Origin: Scenedesmus sp. PABB004
Lineage: Eukaryota
Length of the DNA stretch: 64,000 nt
NCBI GenBank assembly: GCA_014905635.1
Contig: CM026547.1
Span: 1,736,001-1,800,000, forward strand
Direction of reading: 5' to 3'
Of the stretch, positions 9,607-30,769 are shown piece by piece; position 1 is the stretch's first letter; every line of letters begins with the position of its first letter. A program made the position numbers and the translations under genes. The notes beneath the pieces are model-generated. The model worked only from the letters and a program-made list of their open reading frames with translations, searched no databases and was not told the origin of the DNA.

Positions 9607-12600
9607 ATGGACTCGCTGGACCTGGACGACGACCTGCTGGCCGGCCTCGCGCCGCCACCGGTCAAGCCGGCACCGCTGCCGGCGCGCAGCGCACCGGGTG
9701 CGCGCCGCGCCGCGCGCAACGCGCGCGCCGGACCAGGCGGCGCTTGACCGCCGCGCGCCCGCCGCCCCCGCGCAGAGGCGGCGCTCCCGCGCACGCCCGT
9801 CGCGTCCGGCGGCGCGGCCGCCGCGGGCGGGCGGCGGCCGGAGCGTGACGCGTCGGCGACGCTCGCGGCCTTTATGCTGCAGGACGCCGCGGCGCTGGGC
9901 GGCGGCGGCGACGCTGCGCCCGGCCGTCCTGGCCCGGCTGCCAGGGCGGCGGACGGCGCCGGCGGCGGCGCGGCGGCGCCCGCTGCCGCGGCGGCGCCCG
10001 GCAGCCCCGCTGCGCAGCCGCCGCCGGCCGGCTGGCAGGCCGCGCCCGGCGGCGGCGCCAAGCCCGCGGCGGTCGCGCCGGCGGCGGGAGGGCGCCGCGC
10101 GACGACCGCGCGCCCTGCGGCGCCGGCCAAGTGCGACAGCTGGGAGCTCGATGACGAGCTGCTGCCGGACAGCAGCACGGCCCAGGGCGCCGGTGAGCGC
10201 GCGAGGCCGCGCCGTGTGCGGGGGGCCGCCGCTGCGCCATTGCCCGCCCGGCGGCCGAGCCCGCGCTGCGCCCCCGCCCCCGCCCGCGCCCGCAGCGAGC
10301 CGGCGCAGCAGCAGCGGCGGCGCCGGCGGGGATGACGCGCTCGGTGCTCCGGGCTACACGCCCTCGCTCGGGCCCAGCCGCAACAGCTCCGGCCGCAGCC
10401 GCGTCGTGGGCGAGCAGGCGGTCGCCGGCGGCGGCGCCAAGCCAGGCGCCGCGGTGCCTGGGTTGGGGCCGGCGGGCGGCGGAGCGAGGCAGGAGGACGC
10501 AGAGGAGGAGCGGCACGTCGCGGCGCAGCTGGCGGCGGCGCTGGCGCGGCGCGCGCAGCTGCAGGCGCCGGCGCAGGCGCAGGCCGGCGGCCCTGCAGCC
10601 AGGGCCGCAGACGCGCGCGACGGTGCCCGGAGCAGCAGCAGCGGGGCGGCGCGCTGCCGAGCACGCCGAACATCGGCGCCGGGGCCGGGCCCAGTCGCTT
10701 CGGCGCGGGCGCGGCAGCGGCCGCCGACGCGGGTGGAGGCGCAGCCGGCGCTGTCGCCGCCAGGGGGCTGGGCGGCCTGCTGGGCAAGGGACTGGCAGAC
10801 TTGGGCATCGCTGCTGGCGAGCCGACTGGCGTCGGCGCGGCGCCCGCCGCGCCACCTGGGCCCGCCAGCGCAGCGCCGGACGCGCTGCCGCCGGGTGTGA
10901 CGCCGTTTGGCGGCCGGCCGGGCAGCGCGGCCGGCCAGTCGGCGGGCGCGCCGCTGCTGCGGGCCAGCGCCAGCATCAGCAGCAGCGCCGCCGCCGGCGG
11001 CAGCAGCGCGGCCGCGGCCGCGGCGCTGCTGAGCAGCCTGACGACCATCAACGCGGGCCTCGCGGCCACCACGGGCAGCGGGCTGCCGACCCCGGCGGCG
11101 GCCTCACCAAGCGTGCAGGCGGCGGCGGCGGCGCCACCTCAGCCGGTGCCGCAGCCGCTGGCGGGCGCGGACGCGTTTGAGGGGCAGCTCGCGGCGGTGC
11201 GCCAGGCGGCGGCGCTGCAGCAGGAGCTGCTTGACGCCAAGCTCACGATCGCGCGCCAGCGGCAGCACGCGGACGAGCAGGAGGCCAGGTGCGGCGCTGC
11301 GCCCTGTGGCACAGGGCGAGAGGAGGGGGGCCGCGCGCGCTCGCGCCCACGCCCGCCTGCCTGCTCGCAGGCACGCCGCCGAGCTGGCGCGCCTGCGCGG
11401 CGACGTCGAGGCGGCGCAGGCCAAGGCGGCGGCAGACCTTGCGGCGGCGCGCGAGGCGAGCGCGCGCGAGGTCGCGGCAGCGGAGGCGCGCGTGCAACGG
11501 TGCGTGGGGCGCAGCGGCTGCGCGCTGACGGCCTTGGCCGGGCGCCCGCGGCCCGCTGCCGGCCCGCGCCCGAGCTCAAGCGCGCCGCCCTGCTGCGCGC
11601 ACGCGCGCCCGCCTCCGGCCCGCCTGCCTGGGCTCCCGCCAGCGCCGCGGGGCTGGAGAAGCAGGTGGTGGTGGCGCAGCTGCAGGCGCAGGCGGCCGCC
11701 ATCGCGCAGGAGCGCGAGGCGCTGGCCAGCCAGCGCATCAGCAGCGACGCCCTGGCCAGCCTGTCGGAGCAGGTGGGCCCGCGCGCGGCGCGCCGGCAGC
11801 TGGCCGCCTGGCGGCAGGCGTGATTTGCGGCGCTCGCTGACGCGCGCGCGCGGCGGCGCCGGCCGTAGGTGCGCGGCGCTGCGTCGGCGACGGCGGAGCG
11901 CGAGGGGCGCGCGCTGGCGGCGCTGGAGAAGAGCGCGGCCGAGCGCGCCGCGGCCGTGGCCGCGCGGGAGCGAGCGCTGGCAGAGCGCGAGGAGGCGGTG
12001 AGGGGCGCAGGCTCCCTGGCGCAGCAGCCGCGGCGGGCGCCGCCCTTGCGCAGCGGCGCGGCGGCCGACGCGCGCGCGTCGCGCCGCCGCCGGCGCTGCC
12101 GCAGGTGTCTGCGCGCGAGCGCGAGCTGGACGGGCTCAAGTCGCAGCTCGCACGCATGATGGCCGGCCTGGAGGCGCAGGCGGAGGCGGACAAGGAGGTG
12201 CTGCGCGCGCAGACGGCGCGCCTGGCGCGGGAGAGCGCGCGGCTCGAGGCGCTGCAGGTGCGCACACCGCCCCCAGGGGCAGGGGCGGGGCGCTCGCTGC
12301 GCTGGCCGCGCGCTGGCGCGGCGCCCGTCCGCGCCCTGCGACGCCCCGCCGCGCCGCGCTGCCGCCAGGCGGCGCTGCTGAGCGAGCGCGAAGAGGCCAG
12401 GCTCGCGGTCGCGCTGGAGAAGCAGGCACTGGAGGAGGCGCGCGGCGTTCGGGTCAGGGTGAGCCGGCGGCAGCGCGCGGCGCGCTCCAGCGCGCGTGCC
12501 TGCGAGGGGGCGTGAATTGGGCAGAGAGAGTGCGGCGTGCGAGGGGTGTGATGGCACCATCGCCCTGCGCCGCCGCCGCAGGAGCGCGAGGCGTTCCTGG

Positions 12601-14110
12601 CCGAGGTGACGGCGGAGCGGCGCCGCCTGGCGGACGAGGGCGCGGCCACGGCGCGCGCGGCGGAGGAGGCGCGGGCCAACCTGCTGGACCTGAAGGGCCG
12701 CCTCGCAGAGCACGAGGCCGCCGCCGCCGCCGCGCTGCGCCAGGCGCGCGAGGAGGACGGCCGCTGCGCGGCGCTGCGCGCGGCCGCGGCGGCGGAGCGC
12801 GAGCGCCTCGCGGCAGCAAAGGCGGAGGTCGAGGTGCGTGCCAGCGCAGCGCCGCGTGCAGCGCCGCGCGCCAGCCGCGGGGGCGCGCGCCGCCGCCCGC
12901 TGGCGCTGCCGCCCGCCCACCTCCGCGCCGCGCCGCCGCCGCGCGGCCAGGCGGCGGGCCGCAAGCTTGACGACGACCGGGCGCAGCTGCAGGACTGGGG
13001 CGCGCGCCTGGCGGGGCTGACGCGCGACTTTGACGCCGCGCGGGAGGAGGTCAAGGCCGCGCGCGCGGAGATCACAGCGCAGCGCGCCGCGCTCGCCGCG
13101 CAGGTTCGCGCCCGCGCGCGCATCACGTGTCGGCGGCGGCCGCCGCGCGCCCGCGCGCGCTCACGTCCCGCGCGCCGCTGCCGCGCGCGCAGGCGTCGGG
13201 CCTCGCAGCCGCGCAGGAGCAGCTGGAGGCGCAGCGGCAGGCGATCCTGGGCGCGCGGCTGGACCTGGACCGGCAGCGCGTGGCGATCGCAGAGGAGCGG
13301 GGCGCGCTCACGCGCGAGCGCATCGCCGCCGCGCACGCGCGCGGCAGCGCCGGCGCCGCGCCGGCGGACGCCACCCCGTCGCGGCGCTCGCCCGACCCGG
13401 CGGCGCGGCGCGCCGGCAGCGGGGGGCGGCCGGCGCCGGGCAAGGCCGCGCTGCGCCGGCTGGTGGACGAGCTGCAGCTGGCGGACCAGGCGCTGAGCGG
13501 GCGCGGCGGTGGCGGCGGGCTGTCCGCCACGGTGCAGCAGCAGCGCGAGTTCCTGGAGGCGCTGGGCCGCAGCGGCGGCTCCGGCTACAGCGCCGCCGCC
13601 GAGCCGGCGCCGCCCGCCTGGCTGGGCGGCTGCGCCGCGCCACCTGGCTGCTCGTCGCCGCTGCCCGGGCCGGGCCTGGGGGGCTTCTGCACCTCTCCCC
13701 TGGTCAGCCTGGGCTCTCCCAGCGCAGCGCTGGGGGCGCTGCTGACGCCGCCGCGGGGCGGCGCGCCGGCGGCAAGCTGCGGCGCGCCGGCGGGCGGCGA
13801 CGTGCTGGCGCTGCTCCAGCAGCTCGCGGCGCTGCAGCAGCAGCTGGCGGGGCAGCCCGGGGCGGCGCCGGCGGGCGGCGCGCCGCGCAGCGCCGACAGG
13901 CCGCGCCGCAGCAGCCAGCGGTCGCAGCGCCGCGCGGCGGCGCCGGCAGGCTCTGACGGCCCGCGCCACGGCCCCGGCTGTCTGAGCCGCGTGAGCAGCG
14001 ACCTGAGCCAGATGCTGAGCGTGTCTGGCAGCGAGGCGGCGGCGCTCGGCCGAGCCGACGAGCTGCTCACGGCGCTCAGCCCCAGCGCGAGCGAGCGCGG
14101 CGCCGCGTGA
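9607..14110 (+). CDS. Large multi-exon protein: low-complexity N-terminus and long C-terminal coiled coil
   Basis: Starts MDSLDLDDDLLAGL. Many GT..AG-bounded exons encode heptad-like E/A/R/L/Q segments (LQQELLDAKLTIARQ, ERELDGLKSQLARMM, ERRRLADE). Stop at 14108-14110. Function not identified. Confidence 0.65.
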
Positions 14111-14323
14111 GCGGAGGGGGCCAGCGGGCGGCGGCTGCCGGACGGCGGGCGCAATTCAACTCCCGCAGCTCGCGCCCCGCGCCCGCGCTCGCCTCGCGCA
14201 CGCGCTCGCCGCCGCGGCGCACAGGCGCTGCGGCCGCTCCGCGCCCCGCGCGGCACTGCTGCTCGCGGTCCCGCCGCTCCTGTTGTACAGTCTGCGAGCA
14301 CGCGCGCGCGTCCCCCGCTCGCG

Positions 14324-15620
14324 CTAGTGGCAGGCGGCCGCCGCGTGGTGCCCGGCGGGCTCGCCGCCGCCGCCCCAGGCCCTGGCGGCCGCGCGGTCGC
14401 GCGGGTACACCCAGTGCAGCAGCGAGTAGGCCACCAGGCACAGCGCCCACGGCAGCGCCATGCAGGCGAGCAGGCTCGAGCCGAGCGCGGCCGCGTTGCG
14501 CGCGCGCAGCGCGGGGTCGCGCAGCGCGGCCTCGCCAAGCGCGCCGGTGAAGCCGAAGACGCGCTCCGCGAGCAGCCCCACCACCGGCGCGGCGCACGCG
14601 GCGATCGAATTCTCAAACGACCTGCGGCGGCGCAGGGCGGGCAGCGCGGTCTGCGCAGCGCGCGCGCCCCACGCGCGGCGGCGGCGGGCCCGCCCGGCGC
14701 CCGCGCGCACGTGGGCGCGCCCTGCCGCCCGCCAGCGCGCCTCGCCGCCGCCCTCGCCTGTCAAAGGCGTAGATCGTCGACCGCAGCTCGTCCGGCACGA
14801 TCTCGGCAAAGATGGGGCTGTTGCAGCCCGCGCCCGCCCAGGTGCAGGTGAGGCCGGCGACGAAGAGCACCGCCGCGTACGCGGGCGCGGCGCCCGCCCA
14901 CGCGCTGCGCGGCAGGCCGTGCAGGAGCAGCCAGGTGAGCGGGATGCCGCACGCCACGCTGAACTGCGCGGTGTAGATGCGCCCGCTGTTGGGGAGGCGG
15001 CGCGCCATGCGGTCGCCGACCGCGCCGCCCAGCAGCGCGCCCTGCGCACGCGGCGGCGCAGGGTGGCGGCGGGCGGCGGTGTGCGCGCGGGCGCGGCGGC
15101 GGCGGGCGCGAGGCGCGGGGGCGAGGCACGGGCGCGCGGGCGCGCGAGAGCGCGCGCGGCGCACCCCCGCGACGCCGGCGCCAAACGTGGCGACCAGCAG
15201 GCTGGCGGTGGAGTCGCTGAAGCCGTTGAGCTGCAGCCAGAGCGTGAAAAATACGATGGCCTGCCAGGGAAAGCAGCCCACGATGCCCTGCAGCACGATC
15301 GCCTGACGCGGCGGACGCGGCGGCAGGCGCTCGCGCGTCAGCGGCCGGCGGCGAGCCAGCCCGCGCGTGCGCGCGCGTCCCCTCCTCCCCCGCGGCGCGG
15401 CGCACCTGGAAGGTCCGGATGCGCAGCATCCAGCAGATGTCTGCCACCACGCCGCGCCGGCGCGGCCGCGGCGGCGCCTTGTCCAGCCCCCGCACGTCCA
15501 GCGCCGCGTCGCCGCCGCCGCTGCCCTTGGGCGCCGACGGCGGCCCGCCGCACTCGGCCGCCCAGCTGCTGCCGCCGCCAGGGCTGAGCGCACGGATGCG
15601 TGGCCGCTCCCTGTGGTGCG

Positions 15621-15651
<31 letters not shown>

Positions 15652-17419
15652 CAGCGGCGCCACGTCCTGCTGCTGCTGCTGCTCGTGCTGGCCGTGGCGC
15701 CCTCGGTGGTGCTCCAGCTTGGGGTGCGGCGGCAGCAGCAGCTGCTCCCCTCCTGCGAGGCGGCGGCGGCGGCCGCGGGGCGGTCGGGCGCGCTGCGCTG
15801 CGCTGCGGGCGCCGACCGGCTGCTCAGGCGGGCGCGCTCGCACGCCAGCGCTGCGCCGCACCTCGCCCCGCCACCGGCTGGCCGCCCTCGGCGACGCCCG
15901 CCGCCCAGCTGCCGGCTGGATCTATCCACGCCGGCGCTGCGCCGCTGGCGCCGGGCGAGCGGTGGAACGAGCGCCGCCGCTCCAGCGCGCCCGACACTGC
16001 GCCGACGCCCGGGTGCGCCGGCGCGGCGCCGCCCGGCAGCGGCGACGGCAGCGGCGACGGCGGCGGCGGCGGCTGCGGCAGCGCGGGCGTGGCCGGGCGC
16101 GGCGGGCTGCCGGCGAGCAGCGCGCTGACGCTGACGTCCGTTGCCGGCAGCAGCGCGTACGCGCCCGGCACGCGCCGCGGGTCGACGGCAAAGGCCAGCG
16201 CCAGCGCGCCTGCGCCGTGGCGCCGGCGACGGCGGCGGCGGGGGCGGGGCGTCAGCGGCTGCTGGACGGCCACGGCTGCGCGGCGCAGCGGGCGCGGCGC
16301 GTGTGCGCGTGCGCGCACCGACGGCGAGGCTGAGCGCCGCGATGCAGTGGAACGCCGCGCGCCAGCCCTCCATCCCCCAGGGGCTCAGCCCGCCCATGTT
16401 GGTCGCAAACCTGCGGCGCCCGCGGCGTCAGAGGCAGCGAGGGGGCGCCGGCGCGGGCGGCGCGGCACGGCGCGGCGGCGCGCAAGCGCCGCGTCTGTGC
16501 GGCGGCGCGCAAGGCGGCGCTCACACGCCGCCCATCATGCCACCGAGGCTCGCGGTCAGCTGCAGCGTGCCAAACGCGCGGCCGCGCTGCTCCGGCGGGT
16601 GCAGGTCGGCCACAAGCGACTGGCAGCAGGGCACCAGCAGCGCGAGGCCGATGCCGTTGAAGCCGGCAAAGGCCATCGCCTGCGGCGGCGGCGGCGGCGG
16701 GCGGCGGCGGCGGCGTCAGAGCAGCGCCCCCGGCGGCGGCGTCAGAGCAGCGCCCCCGGCGGCGCCGGCGCGCGGCCGCGGGGCGCGCGCCTGCCGCAGC
16801 GTGACGGTGAGTGCCATGGCGCTGGTCATGATGCCCCAGATGAACGCGCCGCTCGCGAGCACGAGCACGCGGTCGTAGCGGTCGCCCAGGATGCCGCTCA
16901 GCGGCGACGCGAGCGTCTGCGCGCGCGCGCGCGGCCGGCCGGCGGGGGCGGCGGCAGGGCGCTCGCCGCCGAGCGCTCGACGCCCGCAGCGGCGGCGGCC
17001 CCGTGCGCCCCCACGCGCCTGCACCATCGCGCGGCACAGCGTGAGCGTGCCGAGCTGCACCGGCGTCGCGTTGAGGGAGCGACCCACAAAGAGGTACACG
17101 GCTGGCAGCACCTGCTCGTTGGCCTGTTCCACCACCATCGCCAGGTTGACCAGCGCGACCGTGCGCAGGCGCGCGGGGCCCCCGCGCCCGCCGCCATCGG
17201 CGCGGCGCCCGCCCGCCCGGGCCGCCCGCGCCGCCCGGGCCGCCTGCGCCGCCCCGCTGGCGGGCGGAGGCCCCCGCCCGACTGTGCTGCGGCGGCGGCG
17301 GGAGCCGGCGTGGGGCCACGCGGGGCGCGCGGGCGGCAGCGCAGCAGCGGCGCCGCCGCGCACGGCGCCGCGCCGGGGCGTGCGGACGCGTGTGCAGCGC
17401 CCACGCGCGGAGAGCGCAT
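14324..17419 (-). CDS. Major facilitator superfamily transporter (spinster-like)
   Basis: VALVNLAMVVEQANEQVLPAVY, SPLSGILGDRYDRV (motif A), GDRMARRLPNSGRI, CNSPIFAEIVPDELRSTIYAFDRSFE. Start uncertain: the ATGs at 17197 and 17419 are one frame off, so an indel is likely. Confidence 0.85.
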
Positions 17420-17823
17420 TCACCTGTCGCTACACGCGGGCGGCGGGCGCGGGGCGCGCTGTGCGGGTGGCGGAGGGCGTCCGCGCGCTGCGCAGCTGTC
17501 TGCGACTTCGCGCGTCACCGCGGCAGCAGCTGCGCAGCCCGATCGCGCTGCGGGAGTGAGGGAGAGCGCTGTGACGGGGCGTTGCGGCGATGGGCGGCCC
17601 GTGACGCGCGACTGCAAGCACCGCGCTTCAAGGCCCTGTCGCCCCGCGCCGCTCCCCCAGCGAGCGCTCTCTCTCATCCAGGCGCGCCCATTCTTGTACG
17701 AGCGACCCGAAAACCGAGCGCCCGGCAGCGCACGCGTGCACAGCTCGGCGGCAGCAGCAGCAGCACGCAGCAGCAGCGCCCTCTCGCGCTCCCCCGGGGC
17801 CTGCAGCCCCCACAGCGCGTGAC

Positions 17824-19782
17824 ATGCTGTCGGGAGGAGCAGGAGGCTGCCTGGCGCAGCAGGCTCCGCGGTGCTGCGCGCCGCGGCCGCCGCCGCGGCC
17901 GGCGCAGCAGTCGCAGCAGCAGCGGCGGCGGCGGGCGGCAGCGCTGCCGCCGCCGCCGGCCGCGGCGCCCGCGCTGCAGCAGCAGCGCCCGCGCCGGCGC
18001 CAGGTGGCCTGCCGCCAGGCGGGCGGCGCGGCGGCGGCGGGCGGCGGCGGCGGCGCCGGCGCCACGGACGACCCCGACGTCGGCGGCGAGGCGATGGGTG
18101 CGTCCGGGGCGCCGCGGGCGCCGCCGCGCCCGCTCGCTGTCCCTCCCGCCGCTGACCTGCCGCCCGCGGCGCAGCGACGCTGGAGATGATTGAGGCGGCG
18201 AGCAGCGCCGCGCCGCCGCTGCTGCTGCTCAACCGCTTCTCCGCGCCGCGCTGGCTCTTCCGCACCGCCGCGTGCCTCATCCTGGGCGGGCAGGTCGTGG
18301 CGCGCATCTGCAGGGGTGCGCGGCGCCGGGCTTCTGGCCCGCAGCGGCGGCGGCGGCAGCGACGGCGGCGCCGGCGCCGGCGCCGGCGCCGGCGGCAGCG
18401 GCAGCGACGGCGGCAGCGGCTCCGCGCGGCGGCGGCAACGCGCGGCGGCGCCGCGGCGCAGGCGGCGGCGCGCCCCCGCCGCGAGCAGCCGCCCGCCGCG
18501 CCGCGCCGCGCCGCGCCGCGCCGCGCAGGCAAGATCCACTGGCGCAACACGCGCGACCAGCTGCAGCTCGTGGGGCCCAAGTCGCTCGGCGTCGCGCTGC
18601 TCACGGCGGGGTTTGTGGGCATGGTGTTCACCATCCAGGCGCGGACGCGGCGCAGCGAGCGGACCGCGCCACGCGGCGCGGCGGCTCCCGCCCAGCAGCG
18701 CGGCGCCCCGCCCCCGCGCGCAAAATGAACGCGCGCCGCCGCCGCCGCGCCGCCGCCGCCGCCGCCAGTTTGTGCGCGAGTTTGCCAAGCTCGGCCTCAC
18801 GCGCAGCGTGGGCGGCGTGCTCGCGCTCGCGCTCGCGCGCGAGCTCACGCCGGTCGTGACGGCCATCATCCTCGCGGGCCGCGTCGGCAGCGCGTTCGCG
18901 GCGGAGCTGGGCACCATGCAGGCGCGCCCCCGCGCACCCCCCGCGCGGCGTCGCGCCCCGCGCCCCGCGCGCCCGCCCCGCGTGCCCGCGCCGCCGCCGA
19001 CCGCGCCCTCCCCGCGCCCGCGCCCCGCCCCGCGCCCCGGACCCCGCCGCGCGCACAGGTGAGCGAGCAGGTTGACAGCCTGCGCGTGCTCTGCACCGAC
19101 CCGGTCGACTACCTCGTCACGCCGCGCGTGCTCGCCAGCATGATCGCGGGGCCCATCCTCAACGTACTCTGCTTCTGCATGGGTGGGCAACGCCCACGCA
19201 CGCGCGCGCGCGCCGCCGCGCCGCGCAGCCCGCACCCGCGCCGCGCGCCGTGCGCTGCGCCTCCCCTCGCCCGCTGACGCGCTCGCCCACGTGCTCTCGC
19301 CCATGCGCTCTCGCCCGTGCCCCCCCCCCCCCCCCCCCCCTGCCCCGGTCGGCAGGCATCGGCGCGTCGGTGCTGCTGGCCGACCTCGTGTACGACGTCC
19401 CCGCCAACGTCATCCTCGACAGCGCGCGCCGCGCGCTCAGCGGCTACGACGTCATCACCAGCTGCGTCAAGGCCTGGGTCTTCGGGCTCATCATATCAAC
19501 GGCGCGCGACACAGCGCGCGCGCGCGGGGCGCTGCGGCGCGCGGCGCGGCCGATAGCGCGCCGGCGCGGCGCCCGACGCCCGCCGCCGCCGCGGGCGCCG
19601 TCGCTGCGCGTGCGCAGATCAGCTGCGCGTGGGGCTTCACGACGTCGGGCGGCGCCAAGGGCGTGGGCGAGAGCACCACGAGCGCGGTGGTGATCAGCCT
19701 GGTCATGATATTCGTCGCCGACTTCGTGCTGAGCTTCCTCTTCTTCCAGGGCCAGGGCGACGCGCTCAAGCAGCTCAAGTGA
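17824..19782 (+). CDS. TGD1: Chloroplast lipid ABC transporter permease (MlaE/TGD1 family)
   Basis: Transit-peptide-like N-terminus. Motifs [81 protein letters not shown]. Confidence 0.92.
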
Positions 19783-20049
19783 GCCGGCAGGCCTCAATTT
19801 TTTCGCAGAGAGGCAGCCACTGCAGCGCGCGCTCGGCAGCGGGCGCGCGCCTGATGCGCGCGCGGCCTGCAGCCTGCTCCCAACTACTTGTGGTGATATC
19901 GCGGAGCTGCCTGGCACGCTGTGCAGGCGTTCACGACCCCGTGCCATGCTGTCTGCGGGAGCCGGATGCGCGCATGACGACCCTGCCTCGCCGGCTGCTA
20001 CTCTCGCTCGCTCGCGCCTGCCTGGCGGCTCTCGCAGCTCGCTCGCGCC

Positions 20050-20120
20050 CGCCGGGCTGTTACTCTCGTAGCACGAGCGCGCTGGCAGCGAATGCCGCTG
20101 CCGCCGCCGCCGCCCGCGCA
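20050..20120 (+). repeat. Direct repeat A, left copy (partner 24899-24980)
   Basis: cgccgggctgttactctc..tagcacgagcgcgctggcagcgaatgccgctgccgccgccgcc occurs in the same orientation on both outer sides of the inverted duplication. Confidence 0.85.
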
Positions 20121-20256
20121 GGCGCGCAGGCGCGCTCCTCCCGCCCGCGCGTCCGCCCCGCACCACCGCCGCCACCGCGCCACCGCACCACCGCCGCACT
20201 GCACCACCGCCGGCCGCCACCGCACCGCACCACCGCACCACCGCCGCACCGCCGCC

Positions 20257-22270
20257 TCACCCGAGCGAGCAGCCCGGGCAGCCGGCGACGCCCGGCAGGC
20301 ACACAATGCTGTGCCGGATGGGCCGGTTCTCGCTGGTGAGCAGGCCCGGGTGCTTCTGCTTGGCCTGCTTGCAGGCATTGCACCAGCGGTGCCCGTCCGC
20401 CACGTGCCAGCTGGTCGGCTGGCGGGGGGCGTAAAGATAAAAGATAAAGATAGTTACACCACAGGCGTAGTGGTCGCGGCCGCAGAAGTAGCAGTGCGCC
20501 CAGACCCCCTCCTCGTCGTCGTCCTCGTCGATGCGCGTCCACGCCGCGGCGTCGGCGTCGGCCGCGCGCGTGGCGGCGCCGACAAGGGGCGGCGGGCGGC
20601 CCCCGCCGATGCGGCTGCCGACCCAGCTGTCGTAGCCGCCACCCTGCGCCGCCTTGAAGGAGTGGAACCAGGAGTACACGCGGTCAGAGCTCTTCAGCAT
20701 CCTCGGCACCTTGACGCCGCCGGTCGGGTGCTGGCCCGCGGGCGCGACGATGTCGGCCGTGATGGTGACGCCCAGCTTGAAGGGGTCCGTCGCGCGGCGG
20801 GCGTGGAAGATGTGGCCGCCGTCGCGCCAGAAGCCGCCGGAGCCCGCGCCGAGCTTGTCAAAGGCAATGATGTCGTCCTTCAGCACCAGCAGCTGCGCGG
20901 GGGCAGGCGCGGGAGAGGGGCGGGGGCGGACGCGTCAGCGCCACTGCCGACAGGAGGCGAGGCGAGGCGCCTCGCCCGCGCGCCAGCCGCCCCGCCGCGC
21001 GCCGGGCTCCTCACCGGCGCGTCGGCCATCTTGTACTTGCCGTTGACCTCGAGGACGTGCTTGAAGACAAACCAGCGCTCTCCCTGTCGGGACGGGGCGG
21101 CGCCGCGGCGGCTGCTGCTGGCCAGGCCCTGCAAGGCGCCGCGGCGCGCCGCGGGCCCGCGTCGCGCGGCGCGGCGCGCCTGCGGGTTGACGTCGATGAT
21201 CGTGCGCAGGCTGCCCGCCATGCCTTTGAAGTCCTCGCGCGCGAACCAGACCTCGCTGACGCGCACGTCCTGGTGCTCGCAGTCGAGGCGGCCGGCGATG
21301 GTGAAGTTCTTGTAGCGCTCCTTCTCGCGCTCGTTGCCCTGGCGCAGCACCAGCTCGAACGCGGCCACGCGCCAGCCTGCGCCGGCGCAGCGGGCGTGGC
21401 AGGTTGCTCAGCAGTCGCCGCCGCCGCCGCAGCGGCGTGGCCGCTGCCGCCGCCGCACCCGCGTCGGTGAAGGGCTTGAGCGCCTTGTCGCGCGACATGT
21501 TCAGGATGGACGTGCCGCTGGCCGTCTTCAGCAGCTGCGGGAGGCTCACGTGCATGTGGCCCTTGGTCTGCAGCCCCTCCTGCGGTGCGGCGGCGGCAGC
21601 AGCAGCCGTCGGCGGCAGCAAACACGCAGCCGCCCAGCCCCGGGCGACGCGCAGCCCGGCCCCCGCGCGCGCTGCGTTGCCGCACCTTGAGCGACGGGTC
21701 GGCCGCGAGCAGCTCCTGCGCCCAGCCGTAGCACTCCGCTTTGTCGCCCGCGCTCAGCGCGCTCTTGTGCCCGTAGACGCGCGCCGTCGGGCCGTCGGGC
21801 TCGTCCTGTGTGCGCGGCGGCCGAGGCTGAGGCGGCAGCCGAGGCGGCGGCGGCAGGCAACGCGGCGACATCTTCCAGATGTCCATCACATAATCTGCCA
21901 CAGAGTGAACAGCAAGCTGATCCTGCAGCAGATCACCAAGCAGATAACGCCGAGCCTGCTCCAGTGCTGGCGGTGCGGCTGGCCGAGGTTGTTGTCGAGG
22001 CTCGCGCCCAGGTTGGTCGCCAGCTGCGCCAGTTTGCCCTCCTGGCGCGCGCGCGCCTCTGCCTTGGGCGCCTGCTGCGTGAAGGGTGCGGGCTCAAACT
22101 TGTTGGGCGCGACGCGCGCGCGCTTGGCGGCCTGGCGGCCGCGCGCGGGGGGCGAGCGCGCGGCGGCGGCGGACGTGCGCACGTGAGGGAGAGGGAGGGC
22201 GAGGGGCTGCAGCACTCCCTCTGCGCCGCACCTGGTCGTGGTCGTGCGGAGGCGTGTCGTCCTCGCCCGC
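20257..22270 (-). pseudogene. Left copy of unknown zinc-finger protein gene; 5'-truncated
   Basis: Homology to the right copy stops at 22270, about 30 codons after the ATG. A ~100-bp unrelated segment (~21868-21969) replaces the end of exon 2 and its donor site. A 36-bp in-frame insertion lies at 20434-20469. Confidence 0.7.
20434..20463 (-). mobile_element. 30-bp micro-insertion TGTGGTGTAACT(ATCTTT)n with 6-bp TSD GGCGTA
   Basis: GGCGTA at 20428-20433 and 20464-20469. Absent from the equivalent site in the other arm. Confidence 0.8.
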
Positions 22271-22612
22271 TCGCACCCGCTCACATCCGCCGCCGCCGCC
22301 GCCGCCGCCGCTGCGGCGGCCTCTCTCGCCCGCTCGAACCCGCTCGCGTCTGCCCGGCGCGCGTGCGCGCGCCTCGCGCCGCGTGCGTGCGGGGCGCGGG
22401 GCGAGGGGCGGCGCGGGCGCGCCGCGCTTTGGCGGCGCCGCGTCGCGCCGCGCTTTGCCAGCGCCTCTCCATTGAGTCTCCGCGCGCTTCTGGAGCCCGT
22501 CTGGGCGCGCCCTCGCGCCCGGTCGCGCCCGATCTCGCACGCGCCCCGCGGCGCGCGCGCTCGCTCTTGGCGGCGCGCCCCCGCGCTCCGACGCGCCCCC
22601 AGCGCGCCCACC

Positions 22613-30414
<7,802 letters not shown>

Positions 30415-30769
30415 GGCGGACGGTGGTCCGTCCGCCCCGATCAGGCGGCGGCGGCCGGCGGCGCGCAGCAGCAGCGGCGGGACGCACGGGCGGTGTGCGC
30501 GGGCGCTGTGTGCTATTCGATGCCAGTCAGGGTGTCCGGGCAGCTCTCAGGCACTATTTGGAGCAGCGGCTGTTCACTCTTGGCGGCAGTTGCCGGGGTG
30601 AGCGGGCAACACTCACTTGAAGTCGCGGTCCCGCTGGACCCCTGTGCCCGCGCTGTGCCCCGCCCTCGCGTACGAGCGCTGCTCGCGACGCACACACTCA
30701 CCGACCAGCTCGAGGGCCAGGGCGTTGTGGCCAGGAGGCGGCGTTGCGTTGAAGGGCTGGCCGGGCCCG

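Noticed and set aside
9607..14110. Naming the coiled-coil protein as a specific basal-body protein such as FBF1
   Set aside because: The architecture is compatible but no diagnostic motif is recognisable.
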